Source: Candidatus Aenigmatarchaeota archaeon (GTDB taxonomy: Archaea; Aenigmatarchaeota; Aenigmatarchaeia; GW2011-AR5). Taken from it: DNA of 61,982 bases. The stretch covers positions 1 through 61,982 of the forward strand of contig JACPRW010000002.1 in the NCBI GenBank assembly GCA_016193585.1, given 5' to 3'. Each line of letters starts with the position of its first letter. Position 1 is the stretch's first letter. Below are positions 19,215 through 29,044 of the stretch, one piece after another. The notes under the pieces are model-generated. The model was not told where the DNA came from. It saw only the letters and a list, made by a program, of their open reading frames with translations, and searched no databases. The translations under genes and the position numbers were made by a program.

Positions 19215-20057
19215 ATGAAGGTCGTTTATTCCCCCAAGTGCCTGTCGTATCACCAGGAAGGGCACCCCGAAACGCCTGACCGGGTCAAGCAGGCGGCGCA
19301 TCACCTGAAAAACGATTTTGACGTCCGCGCTGCAGAGCCGTGCAAGGACGCGGACATCCTCCGTGCCCATGAGCAGCAGCTTTTTGACAGCGTCAGGGCA
19401 GGCACGTTCTTCGACCGGGATACTCCAAACTTGCCGCACATGTTTGCCCATGCCAAGCTCGCCGCCGGCGCGGCGATACAGGCAGCCGAGCTGTGCCTGA
19501 AAGGAGAAAAGGCGTTCTCGCTCATGCGCCCTCCCGGTCATCATGCAGGCCGCGCCTTCCTCGGCGGGTTCTGCTACTTCAACAGCATCGCCATCGCGGT
19601 GAAGAAGATTTTGCGCGACCTGGATAGAATAGCAATCCTCGACATCGACGGTCATCACGGCAACGGGACGCAGGACATCTTCCTCGGCTCGGAGGAGGTT
19701 CTTTTCGTTTCGCTGCACCAGCGGAGCGCGTTCCCGCTTTCCGGCTTCGTCTCTGAGCGGAACTGCATCAACTACCCGCTCGCCACCGCGACCGGCGGCA
19801 AACAGTACATGCAAACGCTCGAAGACGCGCTCGAAAAAATAGAGCCATTCAACCCCGATGTCATTGCCGTTTCTGCCGGCTTTGATACGTACAAAGACGA
19901 CCCGCTCCTGCAGCTGAATCTCGGAATAAACACATTCTTCGAAATCGGCGACGCGATACGGCAGCTGGAAAAGCCGTGCTTCGCCGTCCTCGAGGGCGGC
20001 TACAGCAAGGACCTGCCGCAGTGCGTGCACGCGTTCCTCAAGGGACTGGAGGATTAA
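19215..20057 (+). CDS. Histone deacetylase-family protein (AcuC/acetylpolyamine amidohydrolase-like)
   Basis: RPPGHHA, DIDGHHGNGTQ and FDTYKDDPL blocks. Confidence 0.8.
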   Translation: MKVVYSPKCLSYHQEGHPETPDRVKQAAHHLKNDFDVRAAEPCKDADILRAHEQQLFDSVRAGTFFDRDTPNLPHMFAHAKLAAGAAIQAAELCLKGEKAFSLMRPPGHHAGRAFLGGFCYFNSIAIAVKKILRDLDRIAILDIDGHHGNGTQDIFLGSEEVLFVSLHQRSAFPLSGFVSERNCINYPLATATGGKQYMQTLEDALEKIEPFNPDVIAVSAGFDTYKDDPLLQLNLGINTFFEIGDAIRQLEKPCFAVLEGGYSKDLPQCVHAFLKGLED

Positions 20058-20105
20058 TACAGAAACGTATTTAAATGATTATATCGATATAATCATAGTG
20101 GTGCT

Positions 20106-20327
20106 ATGGAAGGCATGGAAGCAAAGGTAAGAAAGTGGGGCAGATCAATAGGAATAGTTATACCAGTAGAAATCGCAGAGAAAGAAAAAATAAAGGTGAA
20201 CGACAACGTGGAAATTTTCATACGGAAGAAATCAAACGCAATACGAGAAACGTTCGGCACGCTCAGGCTTAAGGAACCTACCGAGAAAATTCTAAAAGAA
20301 ATAGACAAGGATTTGTGGCATGACTGA
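20106..20327 (+). CDS. vapB: AbrB/SpoVT-type antitoxin (VapB-like)
   Basis: GRSIGIVIPVEIAEKEKIKVND swapped-hairpin motif. Confidence 0.65.
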   Translation: MEGMEAKVRKWGRSIGIVIPVEIAEKEKIKVNDNVEIFIRKKSNAIRETFGTLRLKEPTEKILKEIDKDLWHD

Positions 20328-20682
20328 AACGGTATTTTTTGACACCTACGCATTCTTTGAGGTCATAAACGGGAATGCGAACTTCAAACGATTCGAAGAT
20401 GCCGATGTAGTGACAACTATTTTTAATCTCGTCGAACTTACTTATGGACTGAAGAAGAAAGAGAACAAAGCCGTAGCTGACAAGTATCTTGACAAGTACA
20501 AAAATCTTGCAGTTCCCATCGGGATAGAGGACATTAAAAATGCCACAGACATGAGACTCGCCTGTAAGGATATGTCATTTCCTGATGTCATAGGGTACGC
20601 CGTTGCCAAAAGGCTCGGTATAAAATTCGTAACAGGAGACTCCGATTTCGAAGGCATGGAAAACGTCGAACTTGTGAAATAA
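20320..20682 (+). CDS. vapC: PIN-domain toxin (VapC-like)
   Basis: FFDTYAFFE N-terminus. C-terminal TGDSDF motif. Confidence 0.65.
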   Translation: MTETVFFDTYAFFEVINGNANFKRFEDADVVTTIFNLVELTYGLKKKENKAVADKYLDKYKNLAVPIGIEDIKNATDMRLACKDMSFPDVIGYAVAKRLGIKFVTGDSDFEGMENVELVK

Positions 20683-20692
20683 CCGCTTTGAA

Positions 20693-20992
20693 CTAAAACC
20701 GCTTCATTTCACCAAAGAATTTTCTCGCTTTTTTCAACTGGCTTCTACCCTTCTGCGTAATGCTGTAGTACACCCTGTTGCCCTTGCTGGATTTCCGTAC
20801 ATAGCCGTCGTGATTCAGCAGGTAGAGCACCTTATACGCAGTCACGTTCCCTGCAAGGAAGCCGAAGCGTTCTTTAACGAGGTTTCGTATCTCATAACCG
20901 TACCGGTCGCGTTTCTCAAGCAGGTAGCAGACGAAGAACCACAAATTCTCCTTCTGCACCTTTTCTTTCAGCCTTTCTACCGGCGTCCGCAT
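20693..20992 (-). CDS. PadR-family transcriptional regulator
   Basis: YGYEIRNLVKE...NVTAYKVLYLLNHDGYV, a PadR wHTH. Confidence 0.75.
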   Translation of the reverse strand: MRTPVERLKEKVQKENLWFFVCYLLEKRDRYGYEIRNLVKERFGFLAGNVTAYKVLYLLNHDGYVRKSSKGNRVYYSITQKGRSQLKKARKFFGEMKRF

Positions 20993-21046
20993 GATGTTTT
21001 ACACCTGTAAAATACTTTAATAGATTTGCGAATATAAAGGTACTTC

Positions 21047-22120
21047 ATGGGAAAAGTAAGGGTGGCAATTGTCGGCGTCGGCAACTGCGCCTCCTCGCTG
21101 GTTCAGGGGGTTGAGTTCTACAAGGATGCGCATGACAACGTGCCGGGCATCATGCACACCAACCTCGGCGGTTACCGCGTCGGTGACGTGGAATTTTCTG
21201 CCGCGTTCGATATTGACAGGAACAAGGTCGGCAAGGATTTGAGCGAGGCTATCTTCACTGAACCAAACTGCACCATCAAGTTCTCCGACGTGCCCCATCT
21301 CGGCGTTCCGGTGCAGCGCGGCATGACGCACGACGGCCTGGGGAAATATCTGTCGCAAAAAATCCAGAAGCACGATTCTGCAACGGTTGACGTCGCCGAA
21401 GTCCTCAGGGAAACGAAAACGGACGTCGTTGTCAATTATCTTCCCGTCGGCAGCGAATTCGCCACGAAGTGGTATGTCGAAAAGGCACTGGAAGCAGGCT
21501 GCGGCTTCGTCAACTGCATCCCCGTATTCATCGCCAAGGAGCGGCGCTGGCAGGAACAATTCGAGAAGAAGAAGCTGCCGATCATCGGCGACGACATCAA
21601 GTCGCAGGTCGGCGCGACCATAGTTCATCGTGTTCTTGCAAATCTTTTCAGAGACAGGGGAGTGCGCCTCGACCGCACGATGCAGCTCAACGTTGGCGGC
21701 AATCATGATTTTTTGAACATGCTCGAGCGCGAGCGGCTGGAATCGAAAAAGATTTCAAAGACGAATGCGGTAACATCACAAATAGACTACCCGCTTGCAC
21801 CGGAAAACGTGCACATCGGGCCTTCGGACTACGTGCCGTGGCTCACCGACCGCAAGTGGGCGTACATACGACTGGAGGGCACTTCGTTCGGCAACGTGCC
21901 GCTGAACGTGGAACTGAAGCTGGAGGTGTGGGATTCGCCGAATTCCGCCGGCGTTGTCATTGATGCGATACGGTGCGCCAAGCTCGCGATGGACAGGGGC
22001 ATCGGCGGCGCGCTCGCCTCGCCGTCGGCGTACTTCATGAAATCGCCGCCGCAGCAGTTCACGGATGATGAAGCAAAAAAAATGGTCGAGGAATTTATGG
22101 AGGGGAAGCGGGAGCGATGA
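21047..22120 (+). CDS. ino1: myo-inositol-1-phosphate synthase (Ino1 family, NAD-dependent)
   Basis: [21 protein letters not shown] Rossmann motif characteristic of short prokaryotic MIPS. Confidence 0.8.
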   Translation: MGKVRVAIVGVGNCASSLVQGVEFYKDAHDNVPGIMHTNLGGYRVGDVEFSAAFDIDRNKVGKDLSEAIFTEPNCTIKFSDVPHLGVPVQRGMTHDGLGKYLSQKIQKHDSATVDVAEVLRETKTDVVVNYLPVGSEFATKWYVEKALEAGCGFVNCIPVFIAKERRWQEQFEKKKLPIIGDDIKSQVGATIVHRVLANLFRDRGVRLDRTMQLNVGGNHDFLNMLERERLESKKISKTNAVTSQIDYPLAPENVHIGPSDYVPWLTDRKWAYIRLEGTSFGNVPLNVELKLEVWDSPNSAGVVIDAIRCAKLAMDRGIGGALASPSAYFMKSPPQQFTDDEAKKMVEEFMEGKRER

Positions 22121-22133
22121 TCAGAGGAAAATT

Positions 22134-22595
22134 TCAAAATGATTTTTCCATTTCTATCAAAACCATGTCTTTCTTCCCCTCGGGCAAGTAAATGTTTTTG
22201 ATTTTTGTAAACCCAAAGGACTCGTAAAATTTTCTTGCATAAAATGTTGACCATGCAACTATTTTTTCCAGCCCATCTTTTTCCGCTTCGTGCAATACCT
22301 TACTCAATAACTCTTTTCCTACGCCTTTTTTCTGATACGCGATATCTACGAATAATGTATGTACCTTGTAGTTATCGTAACCGCATACGCCGATTATTTT
22401 GCCATCGTCCAATGCCACATAATACGTGATGTTTTCCGACCTTTTGACCAGGCTGCCGGGTCTGTTCAACTCTATCTGCAACTGTATTCCTGACTTGGTA
22501 TGCCCTCCAATATCCAATTTAAGAAAGCAGTTCTTAACGATTTGACTTACTTCCTTAGCGTCTTCTTTTCTGAATTTTCTTATCTTGAATTTCAT
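22134..22595 (-). CDS. GNAT-family N-acetyltransferase
   Basis: VALDDGKIIGVCGY...VDIAYQKKGVGKELL acetyl-CoA motif A. AT-rich codon usage. Start taken at MKFKIRK. Confidence 0.75.
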   Translation of the reverse strand: MKFKIRKFRKEDAKEVSQIVKNCFLKLDIGGHTKSGIQLQIELNRPGSLVKRSENITYYVALDDGKIIGVCGYDNYKVHTLFVDIAYQKKGVGKELLSKVLHEAEKDGLEKIVAWSTFYARKFYESFGFTKIKNIYLPEGKKDMVLIEMEKSF

Positions 22596-22610
22596 AGTAC
22601 TGCGCCCGCT

Positions 22611-22853
22611 TATAGTGGACCAACAAAAGAATACCGACATAGTACTTTTGTTGTCCGCTACACGCGGAAAACAAGGTTTTCCGGTGCACCAAAAAGCTTT
22701 GCTTTTTGCGTGTAAGTGAACCAAGATATAGATAATTGCGCAGCTTATGTCGTATTAACGCGCAATTTTCTATAGGTGAATTGCAAATAATATCAGGACA
22801 TAACCAGTGCAATTCACCATATAATACCTGATTATTTACTTGGTTCACTATAA
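22611..22853. repeat. Composite hairpin-module repeat (about 240 bp), rearranged relative to 29045-29288
   Basis: Shares the aattgcgc, gtgaattgca and gtgaaccaag modules and a ggaaaacaaggttttcc hairpin. Track ORF 22555-22848 falls inside it and was rejected. Confidence 0.85.
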
Positions 22854-24098
22854 CTAGATATTGTACCGCAGTATCGCTCCCAGCCCGCCGAGGTGCTCGA
22901 ACTGCACACCCTCGCGCGTGTCTGACGTCACGACGACAACTGACGTGCCGTAGTCTGCCGCGCGCTCTTCGAGGTATTCGACGAGGTCCTTTTCTCCGAT
23001 GAGCATGCCTTCGACCTTCTCCGGCTTCCGCGGGTCCCAGAACACCTCTTTTTTCTCGTCGTTGACGAGGTATTCCCGCACCTTGAGCGGATTGTTCTCG
23101 TTCACGATGATTTGCTCGACCGCGCCCATCTCCAGCGCCTTCAGCACGTCGTCGAGCTTGTACAACGCCAGCCCGTGCGGCTTCTGCATCTCGGTGAGCA
23201 CACGCTGGATGACCTTCTTCTCCTTGAAGACGCTCGCTTCCTTTATAAGATTCTCGCCGCGCTGTATCGTTTCCTCAAGCCCCTGGTCGCCGGTGTAGCT
23301 CGTGTCGACGGTGCCGAGAATCTTTTTCTTCACGTCAGCGTGCAGGAAGTCCTCCTTGTACAGCATGTCCTTCACCGGGCCGGAGCCGGAAAGGAAGATG
23401 CCGATGACGTTCTTGTGCTCTTCAAAGAATTTGTTCGATGCTTCGGCGACATGCTTGAGCCAGTCGTTGAGCAGGCCCTCGCGGACGCGGCTGAAACGGG
23501 CGGAACTCTGCCCGCCCGCGCGCGTCTTTCCCGGCACGATGGATTCGAAATGCTGGAACGGTTCTATCTTCTTGCCGACCAGCAGCGCGATGTCCGCCTC
23601 GCTCCGGTCGAGACAGATAATTCCGTACACCTCCTTTTCCTCGACCATCTCCATGAGCGGCTCAAGGACGAATTTCTGGTCACACCAGTACATCTTGACC
23701 TTGACCGGTTCCGGCGGCTCGATTGCAATCAACCGGATGTCCGCCTCGCCTTCGCGCTGCGACACGTTGCCGCAGAACACCGCGAGCCCGTTGTCGGGCG
23801 TCTTCCTGTAGAGCTGCAGGTGGCGCATAATCTTCTCGAGCGCGCCGACGACGTTCTTCTTCACCTGCTTCGACTTGATGTTCTCTGCGGTGCTCTGTTC
23901 CGACCGCAGCTGGTTCATCATCTCGGCAAGGGGATAACTGACCGGCACGTACACGGTCACGAGCTCGGTGTGCCGTCCCTTGACCGCCCCAAGTTCCTTC
24001 GCGAGCTTCTTGAGGCGGAACTTTGATTTCAGCACTTCGGCGTGCTCTTCTTCAGGCATTTTCATCACGACCTTTTCCAAAGCACACGGGCGCAGCAA
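22854..24098 (-). CDS. prf1: Peptide chain release factor aRF1
   Basis: GGQ motif (TRAGGQSSARFSR) and NIKS-like region (ENIKSKQ). Alternative start at MKMPEEE (24065). Confidence 0.9.
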   Translation of the reverse strand: MLRPCALEKVVMKMPEEEHAEVLKSKFRLKKLAKELGAVKGRHTELVTVYVPVSYPLAEMMNQLRSEQSTAENIKSKQVKKNVVGALEKIMRHLQLYRKTPDNGLAVFCGNVSQREGEADIRLIAIEPPEPVKVKMYWCDQKFVLEPLMEMVEEKEVYGIICLDRSEADIALLVGKKIEPFQHFESIVPGKTRAGGQSSARFSRVREGLLNDWLKHVAEASNKFFEEHKNVIGIFLSGSGPVKDMLYKEDFLHADVKKKILGTVDTSYTGDQGLEETIQRGENLIKEASVFKEKKVIQRVLTEMQKPHGLALYKLDDVLKALEMGAVEQIIVNENNPLKVREYLVNDEKKEVFWDPRKPEKVEGMLIGEKDLVEYLEERAADYGTSVVVVTSDTREGVQFEHLGGLGAILRYNI

Positions 24099-24211
24099 CA
24101 GTCATACGTATCACCATAAGGACGGCAGAACAAGTCAAGCGCGTGCGGAAGCCATCGATATTACCGTAGACATATTTTTGCAGAAAGCTTTATATGCGGA
24201 CAATGGAATAG

Positions 24212-25189
24212 ATGCCCATGGCGCCGCCCAAGACTCCTGCTGCCGGTTTCTGGGTTGCCGTGCTGTTCATCACGCTTCTTTCGCTCTTCGCGGTATTCAG
24301 CCACGAGTTCATCGCATTCGGTGTCGCCGTCGGGCTCCTCATTGCAATCTACAAGCATTCGCCTGATGCGCAGCCGTTCCTGCGGAAGCTTATCCCTGCG
24401 GTAGTTGCCCTTGCCCTCATCGTCGAGAGCATCGTCATCATCGGCGCAGGCGAGCGCGGCGTCCTGCTCACGTTCGGGAAGGTCGAGGATGCGGTGTTCG
24501 GCGAAGGACTTCACTTCAAGATTCCGTACGTCCAGAGCGTTCCTGTCTTTAACGTGAAGACGCAGAAGTACGAGGCACTCGCTACCGCAGCCTCAAAAGA
24601 CCTGCAAGACGTGAAAACAACCGTCGCGCTTAACTTCAGGATTTCTTCCGACATGGTAAACAAGGTCTACCAGACGATCGGCATCGACTACGAAAACATC
24701 GTCATTGCCCCTGCTATCCAGGAATCGGTCAAGGCATCAACCGCCGGCTTCAATGCCGAGGAGCTCATCACCCAGCGGCCGGTCATCAAGCAGAAAATAG
24801 AAGAATCGCTCAAGGAGCGGCTCGGGGAACGGAACATCATCGTCGAAACCGTTTCGATAACCGATTTCCAGTTCTCGCCGGAGTTCTCCAAGGCAATCGA
24901 GCAGAAGCAGGTCGCCCAGCAGCTCGCGCTCAAGGCGGAGCGCGACCTGGATCGCATCAAGATCGAAGCGGAGCAGCTGCGGACGCAGGCGCTGGGAGAG
25001 GCTGACGCAAAGGTGACGCGCGCCAAGGCGGAGACTGAAGCGCTGAAACTGCAGCGCGACATCATCAACGAGCAGCTCCTCAGGCTGCGCGCCATCGAGA
25101 AATGGGACGGCATCCTGCCGAAAGTCACCGGCGCTGCGGTGCCGTTCATTGACGTGAGCACGCTTGGCGCCGTGAACAGCAGCGGCTAA
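24212..25189 (+). CDS. SPFH/Band-7 (stomatin/prohibitin-like) membrane protein
   Basis: N-terminal TM plus an SPFH core (GERGVLLTFGKV...) and a long coiled-coil tail. Confidence 0.8.
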   Translation: MPMAPPKTPAAGFWVAVLFITLLSLFAVFSHEFIAFGVAVGLLIAIYKHSPDAQPFLRKLIPAVVALALIVESIVIIGAGERGVLLTFGKVEDAVFGEGLHFKIPYVQSVPVFNVKTQKYEALATAASKDLQDVKTTVALNFRISSDMVNKVYQTIGIDYENIVIAPAIQESVKASTAGFNAEELITQRPVIKQKIEESLKERLGERNIIVETVSITDFQFSPEFSKAIEQKQVAQQLALKAERDLDRIKIEAEQLRTQALGEADAKVTRAKAETEALKLQRDIINEQLLRLRAIEKWDGILPKVTGAAVPFIDVSTLGAVNSSG

Positions 25190-25287
25190 TCAGTCATAGT
25201 AAGTTCAGTTGGTAATTAGACTTTACATGAACTTGCTATGAAGGAGATTTGGTAAACATAAAGTTCACTAATTTACCGAATCGACTA

Positions 25288-25478
25288 TCATAGTAAAGAA
25301 CATTGATTTTGGAACATTTTACAATGTTCTTTCCCTATAGCAGATTGTGGTTATAGTGAAGCAAATAAATAATACCGATATTATACATTTGCTTCACATA
25401 TAGCAAACAAGGAAGTAATATCGTGTTTATTTCCTTGTATTGCTATAAAAGTTCCATTATTATTACAATCTGCTATCA
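25288..25478. repeat. Nested hairpin repeat. The family A unit (modules 1 plus 2) is inserted into the loop of the gcagattg hairpin.
   Basis: Compare with the uninterrupted copies at 463-560 and 13878-13973. The insert equals 8209-8304. The last module overlaps the valS stop codon. Confidence 0.85.
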
Positions 25479-27875
25479 GAGCTCGATTTTCAGCGCATCC
25501 CCGTACAGTATTTTCTGCACCGCATGCGCTGCTACGATGTCCTGTTCCAGTTTCCTGAATTTCTCAGGAACAGTCAGTTTGCTGATTCCTGTCTTCAGGG
25601 AAAGCCCGCCATCCTTCTTCGTCTTCCATATCTCCTTGTTCAGCTCCATAAGTTCATCTGCGGCGAAGCCCGGCACAAACGTTTCCTTTACCGAAGGAAA
25701 ATGCTCCTCGTGCACGTTCTTTCCCCGCAGGTCATTGTATATCCGGTGCGTCATCATGGGAATGACCGGCGCCAGCAGCTTGAGCATGGTATCGAGGCAG
25801 TAATTGAGCGTGAATACGGCGCTGTTCTGCTCCTCTTTCGGAAACCTGCCCTCATGGTTGTACGCGCGGCTCTTCACGAGCTCGATGTAATGCGAAGCGA
25901 ACGTTTCCCAGATGAAATGCTTGAGCCTTGTCGCCGGCATGTGGAAGTCATACGCTTCGTACCGCCCGCGCGCATACGTGATGAGTTCGTTCATCTCCTG
26001 CATTATCCATTTATCCGTTTCTGTCAGGCGCACGGCTGCGGGCTGCATCCTGAACTGGGATACGAAACGCGCGACATTCCACAGCTTCGTGAGCGTTTTG
26101 CCCGCGCCCTCGATGCGCTCGAAGGAGCAGCGCAGGTCGCCCTCGGCAAGGTTGCCTTCCACGGCGCACCAGAACCTGAACGGCTCGGCGCCGTACTTGT
26201 CGAGTATTTCGGCAGGATTGATGACGTTGCCCAGGCTTTTCGACATCTTCTTGCCGTGCTCGTCGACGATGTGGTGGTGTATCCAGACGTCCCTGAATAT
26301 CGGCTTTTTCGCCAAGTGGTAGCAGCGGAGCAGCGTGTAGTAGAGCCACGTGCGGACGATTTCCTTGCCCTGCGGCCGCAGCGTGCATTGCTGGTGCTTT
26401 GTGAAAAACTCTTTCGGGTAGCCGAGGATGTAGAGCGGCGAAATCGATGAGTCAAACCACGTGTCGAAAACGCGCTCCTCGCCGCGGAACTCGGTGCTCC
26501 CGCACCGGCACTTTTCTACCGGAGGCTTTTCCTTCCATGGACGGTAGTACTTTCCCTTCGGCGGGACGATGACCGTTCCGCAGGAGATGCAGTACCAGAG
26601 CGGCATCTCGGTGGCATAGTAGCGCCTCCTCGATATGGCCCAGTCGATGCTCACCGCGTCAATCCAGTCGAGCAGGAACTGCCTGCTGTGCGGGGAAAAG
26701 AACTCAATATCGTTCGCAATTTTCCGTATCGCGTCCTTGAACTCTACCTGCTTCAGGTAATATTCCGGCATGGTGATGTATTCAATCGTGTGTTTGCTCC
26801 GCTCGCAGATGGGGATGCGGTGCATCACCTTTTCCTCCTTGACGAGCCAACCGCGCTCTCTCAGATGCCTGATCATCTTCTTCCGCGCCTCTTCGACTTT
26901 CATGCCTTTCAGGAATCCTGCTACTTCGTTCATCGCGCCTTCGGTGGTTATCGCCGAGAGCGGCTCGATATGCATCTCGCGCAGGAACCGTATGGCGTCC
27001 TGGTCTCCTGCCGAGCGCGACATGAACACCAGGCCGGTGCCGAACGCCGGGTCGGCAAAAGGGTGCGCCTGAATCGGCACCTCGATGTCGTAGATGGGTA
27101 TGACTGCTGTCTTGCCGTCGAGGCTCGCGTAGCGCTTGTCCTCAGGGTTGAAGATGACCATCGCCGCGGTGCAGAGCAGCTCGGGCCGCGTCGTCGCGAT
27201 GACCGCTTTGCCTCCCGTTTCCTTGACCGTCAGCACGACATGGCTGAGCTGCGTCGGGACTTCCTTGTGGTCGACTTCCTCGTCAGCGAGCGTCGTCTTG
27301 CACCCCGGGCAGTAATTGTTCAGGCGGCTGTCCTCGTAGACGAGACCCCGGTGCCACATGTCGATGAACGTCGCCTGCGTGAGCGCGCGGTATTCGACAG
27401 AATCGGTATAATAAGCATCGCCAACTTCAGTTCCCGCGTTCCACGCGTTGAACGATATGCCCAGGCGCAGGAACGACTCGATGCTCGCCTCGGACGAGGC
27501 TTCGAGCACCTGCTGGCACATTTCAAGAAATTTTTCCCTGCTCACGTCCCGCAGCGACACGCCGAACTTTTTCTCTGCGGCGATTTCAATCGGCAGGCCG
27601 TTCCGGTCGAGCCCGAGGGGGAAGAGCACGTTGTGGCCGGTCATCCGCCTGAACCGCGCGAAGAAATCCATCATGGTGTACGTTGTCGCGTGGCCGATGT
27701 GTATCGGCGTGTTGACGTACGGCGGCGGCGTGTCGATGCTGAACAGCGGCTTTGGGCTGTTCCTGTCGAAGGCGTAGGATTTCTTTTCTTTCCACTCGCT
27801 GTAGACCTGCTTCTCCAGATCTTTCGACCATGACTTCTCAACAAGCACCGGTTCAGGGGTTACCATAGCCATCAC
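25476..27875 (-). CDS. valS: Valyl-tRNA synthetase
   Basis: PPYVNTPIHIGHA, ATTRPELL (ValRS hallmark) and KMSKSLGN. Confidence 0.85.
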   Translation of the reverse strand: MMAMVTPEPVLVEKSWSKDLEKQVYSEWKEKKSYAFDRNSPKPLFSIDTPPPYVNTPIHIGHATTYTMMDFFARFRRMTGHNVLFPLGLDRNGLPIEIAAEKKFGVSLRDVSREKFLEMCQQVLEASSEASIESFLRLGISFNAWNAGTEVGDAYYTDSVEYRALTQATFIDMWHRGLVYEDSRLNNYCPGCKTTLADEEVDHKEVPTQLSHVVLTVKETGGKAVIATTRPELLCTAAMVIFNPEDKRYASLDGKTAVIPIYDIEVPIQAHPFADPAFGTGLVFMSRSAGDQDAIRFLREMHIEPLSAITTEGAMNEVAGFLKGMKVEEARKKMIRHLRERGWLVKEEKVMHRIPICERSKHTIEYITMPEYYLKQVEFKDAIRKIANDIEFFSPHSRQFLLDWIDAVSIDWAISRRRYYATEMPLWYCISCGTVIVPPKGKYYRPWKEKPPVEKCRCGSTEFRGEERVFDTWFDSSISPLYILGYPKEFFTKHQQCTLRPQGKEIVRTWLYYTLLRCYHLAKKPIFRDVWIHHHIVDEHGKKMSKSLGNVINPAEILDKYGAEPFRFWCAVEGNLAEGDLRCSFERIEGAGKTLTKLWNVARFVSQFRMQPAAVRLTETDKWIMQEMNELITYARGRYEAYDFHMPATRLKHFIWETFASHYIELVKSRAYNHEGRFPKEEQNSAVFTLNYCLDTMLKLLAPVIPMMTHRIYNDLRGKNVHEEHFPSVKETFVPGFAADELMELNKEIWKTKKDGGLSLKTGISKLTVPEKFRKLEQDIVAAHAVQKILYGDALKIEL

Positions 27876-27983
27876 TCGTAGGGATTGTATGAAACATAAT
27901 ACTTAAGAACAAAGCGTCAGCATACGGGTCTATCGCCGGTCATCGCCATCATCAGTACCTGTGCAGCAGCGTATTTAAAATGG

Positions 27984-28790
27984 TCACGTGCCTCGTGCCT
28001 CCATCCCGTCGAGGTTGATTTCCATGAAGTCCTCAGCCGCAATCGTCCGCACGCCTGTTTCCTTTTCAATGTGCTTCGCCTGCGCACGGACGTCGTTCCG
28101 CAGCATCAAAAACGAGAAGTGCTGGATGACCACAAGCTTCGGCTTCTGTCTCATCTTCCTTACCATGACGACCGCATCGTCAACGCCCATGTGCCAGTGC
28201 TTTTTCGCCTGCACGCCTTTCGGCACGAGCACGTTCAGAATGAGAACGTTACAGCCGTCGAAGCGCTTTTCCTGCCCTTTATAATAAGTGCCGTCGGCAG
28301 CATACCCTATCGACCTCGAGCCGTCTATCCTGAAACCGACCGTCGGGTCGTAGTGGTCTGTTTTGACAGCGGCAAGCGCAAGCGGACCAAGGGTTACTTT
28401 ATCCTTCGGGACTACAGCGTGGACTTCCTTTACCCTGTTCCGGTGGTACAGGCTGATGCAGGGGTAGTAGTCGTACTTCCTGCCCTGCCATTTTTTATTC
28501 TGAAGAACGCAGTGCTCCTCCGCGACAAGCACCGCCTCCTGCATGCCGTCAAGATAGACGTTCGCGTCGGTGGCGTGGTCTGGATGCAGGTGCGACAGGA
28601 GCAGCGCGTTCCAGCGCTCAGGGTGCAGCTTCAGCTTCCGTGCATTGACGAGCGAGCCGGGGCCGGGGTCGAGAATCATTTTCACGTTGTCAAGCTCGAT
28701 GTAGATGCCGCCCGTTTTCCTTGCCTGCGTGAACATCACGTTCTTGCCGCCGCCGGTGCCGAGGAAGACGAGGCGGTTGGTGGACTGCAT
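27984..28790 (-). CDS. MBL-fold metallo-hydrolase
   Basis: LSHLHPDHATD motif. Confidence 0.7.
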   Translation of the reverse strand: MQSTNRLVFLGTGGGKNVMFTQARKTGGIYIELDNVKMILDPGPGSLVNARKLKLHPERWNALLLSHLHPDHATDANVYLDGMQEAVLVAEEHCVLQNKKWQGRKYDYYPCISLYHRNRVKEVHAVVPKDKVTLGPLALAAVKTDHYDPTVGFRIDGSRSIGYAADGTYYKGQEKRFDGCNVLILNVLVPKGVQAKKHWHMGVDDAVVMVRKMRQKPKLVVIQHFSFLMLRNDVRAQAKHIEKETGVRTIAAEDFMEINLDGMEARGT

Positions 28791-29044
28791 AATAATTATT
28801 GCTTTCTTTTGTTATAAGCATATCTCAAATCCGGGCTTTGGGACAAAACTCCATATCTTGTAGAAAAGATTTCAGCCAACACAACATATCGGTTCAAATC
28901 TTCACTTCGGTATCGAAAAGAAGAAATACGAAGTAGAGAATTATCTGATTAGCTATCGACTACTTTTGTCTCAAAGCTTATTCACTGCACTCCGAGTAAT
29001 ACGTCGTACAATGCATCGAATGTTGCGGTATCCGTGAAAGCAAA

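Noticed and set aside
19044-20030. 328-aa minus-strand ORF
   Set aside because: Antisense to the HDAC-family gene.
22555-22848. Track ORF (97 aa) and its twin 29054-29329
   Set aside because: Both lie wholly inside copies of the same composite repeat and share peptide because the DNA is repeated. AT-rich and hairpin-dense, so not coding.
23112-24026. 304-aa plus-strand ORF
   Set aside because: Antisense to aRF1.
25524-27833. Plus-strand ORFs 25524-26450 and 26688-27833
   Set aside because: Antisense to valS.
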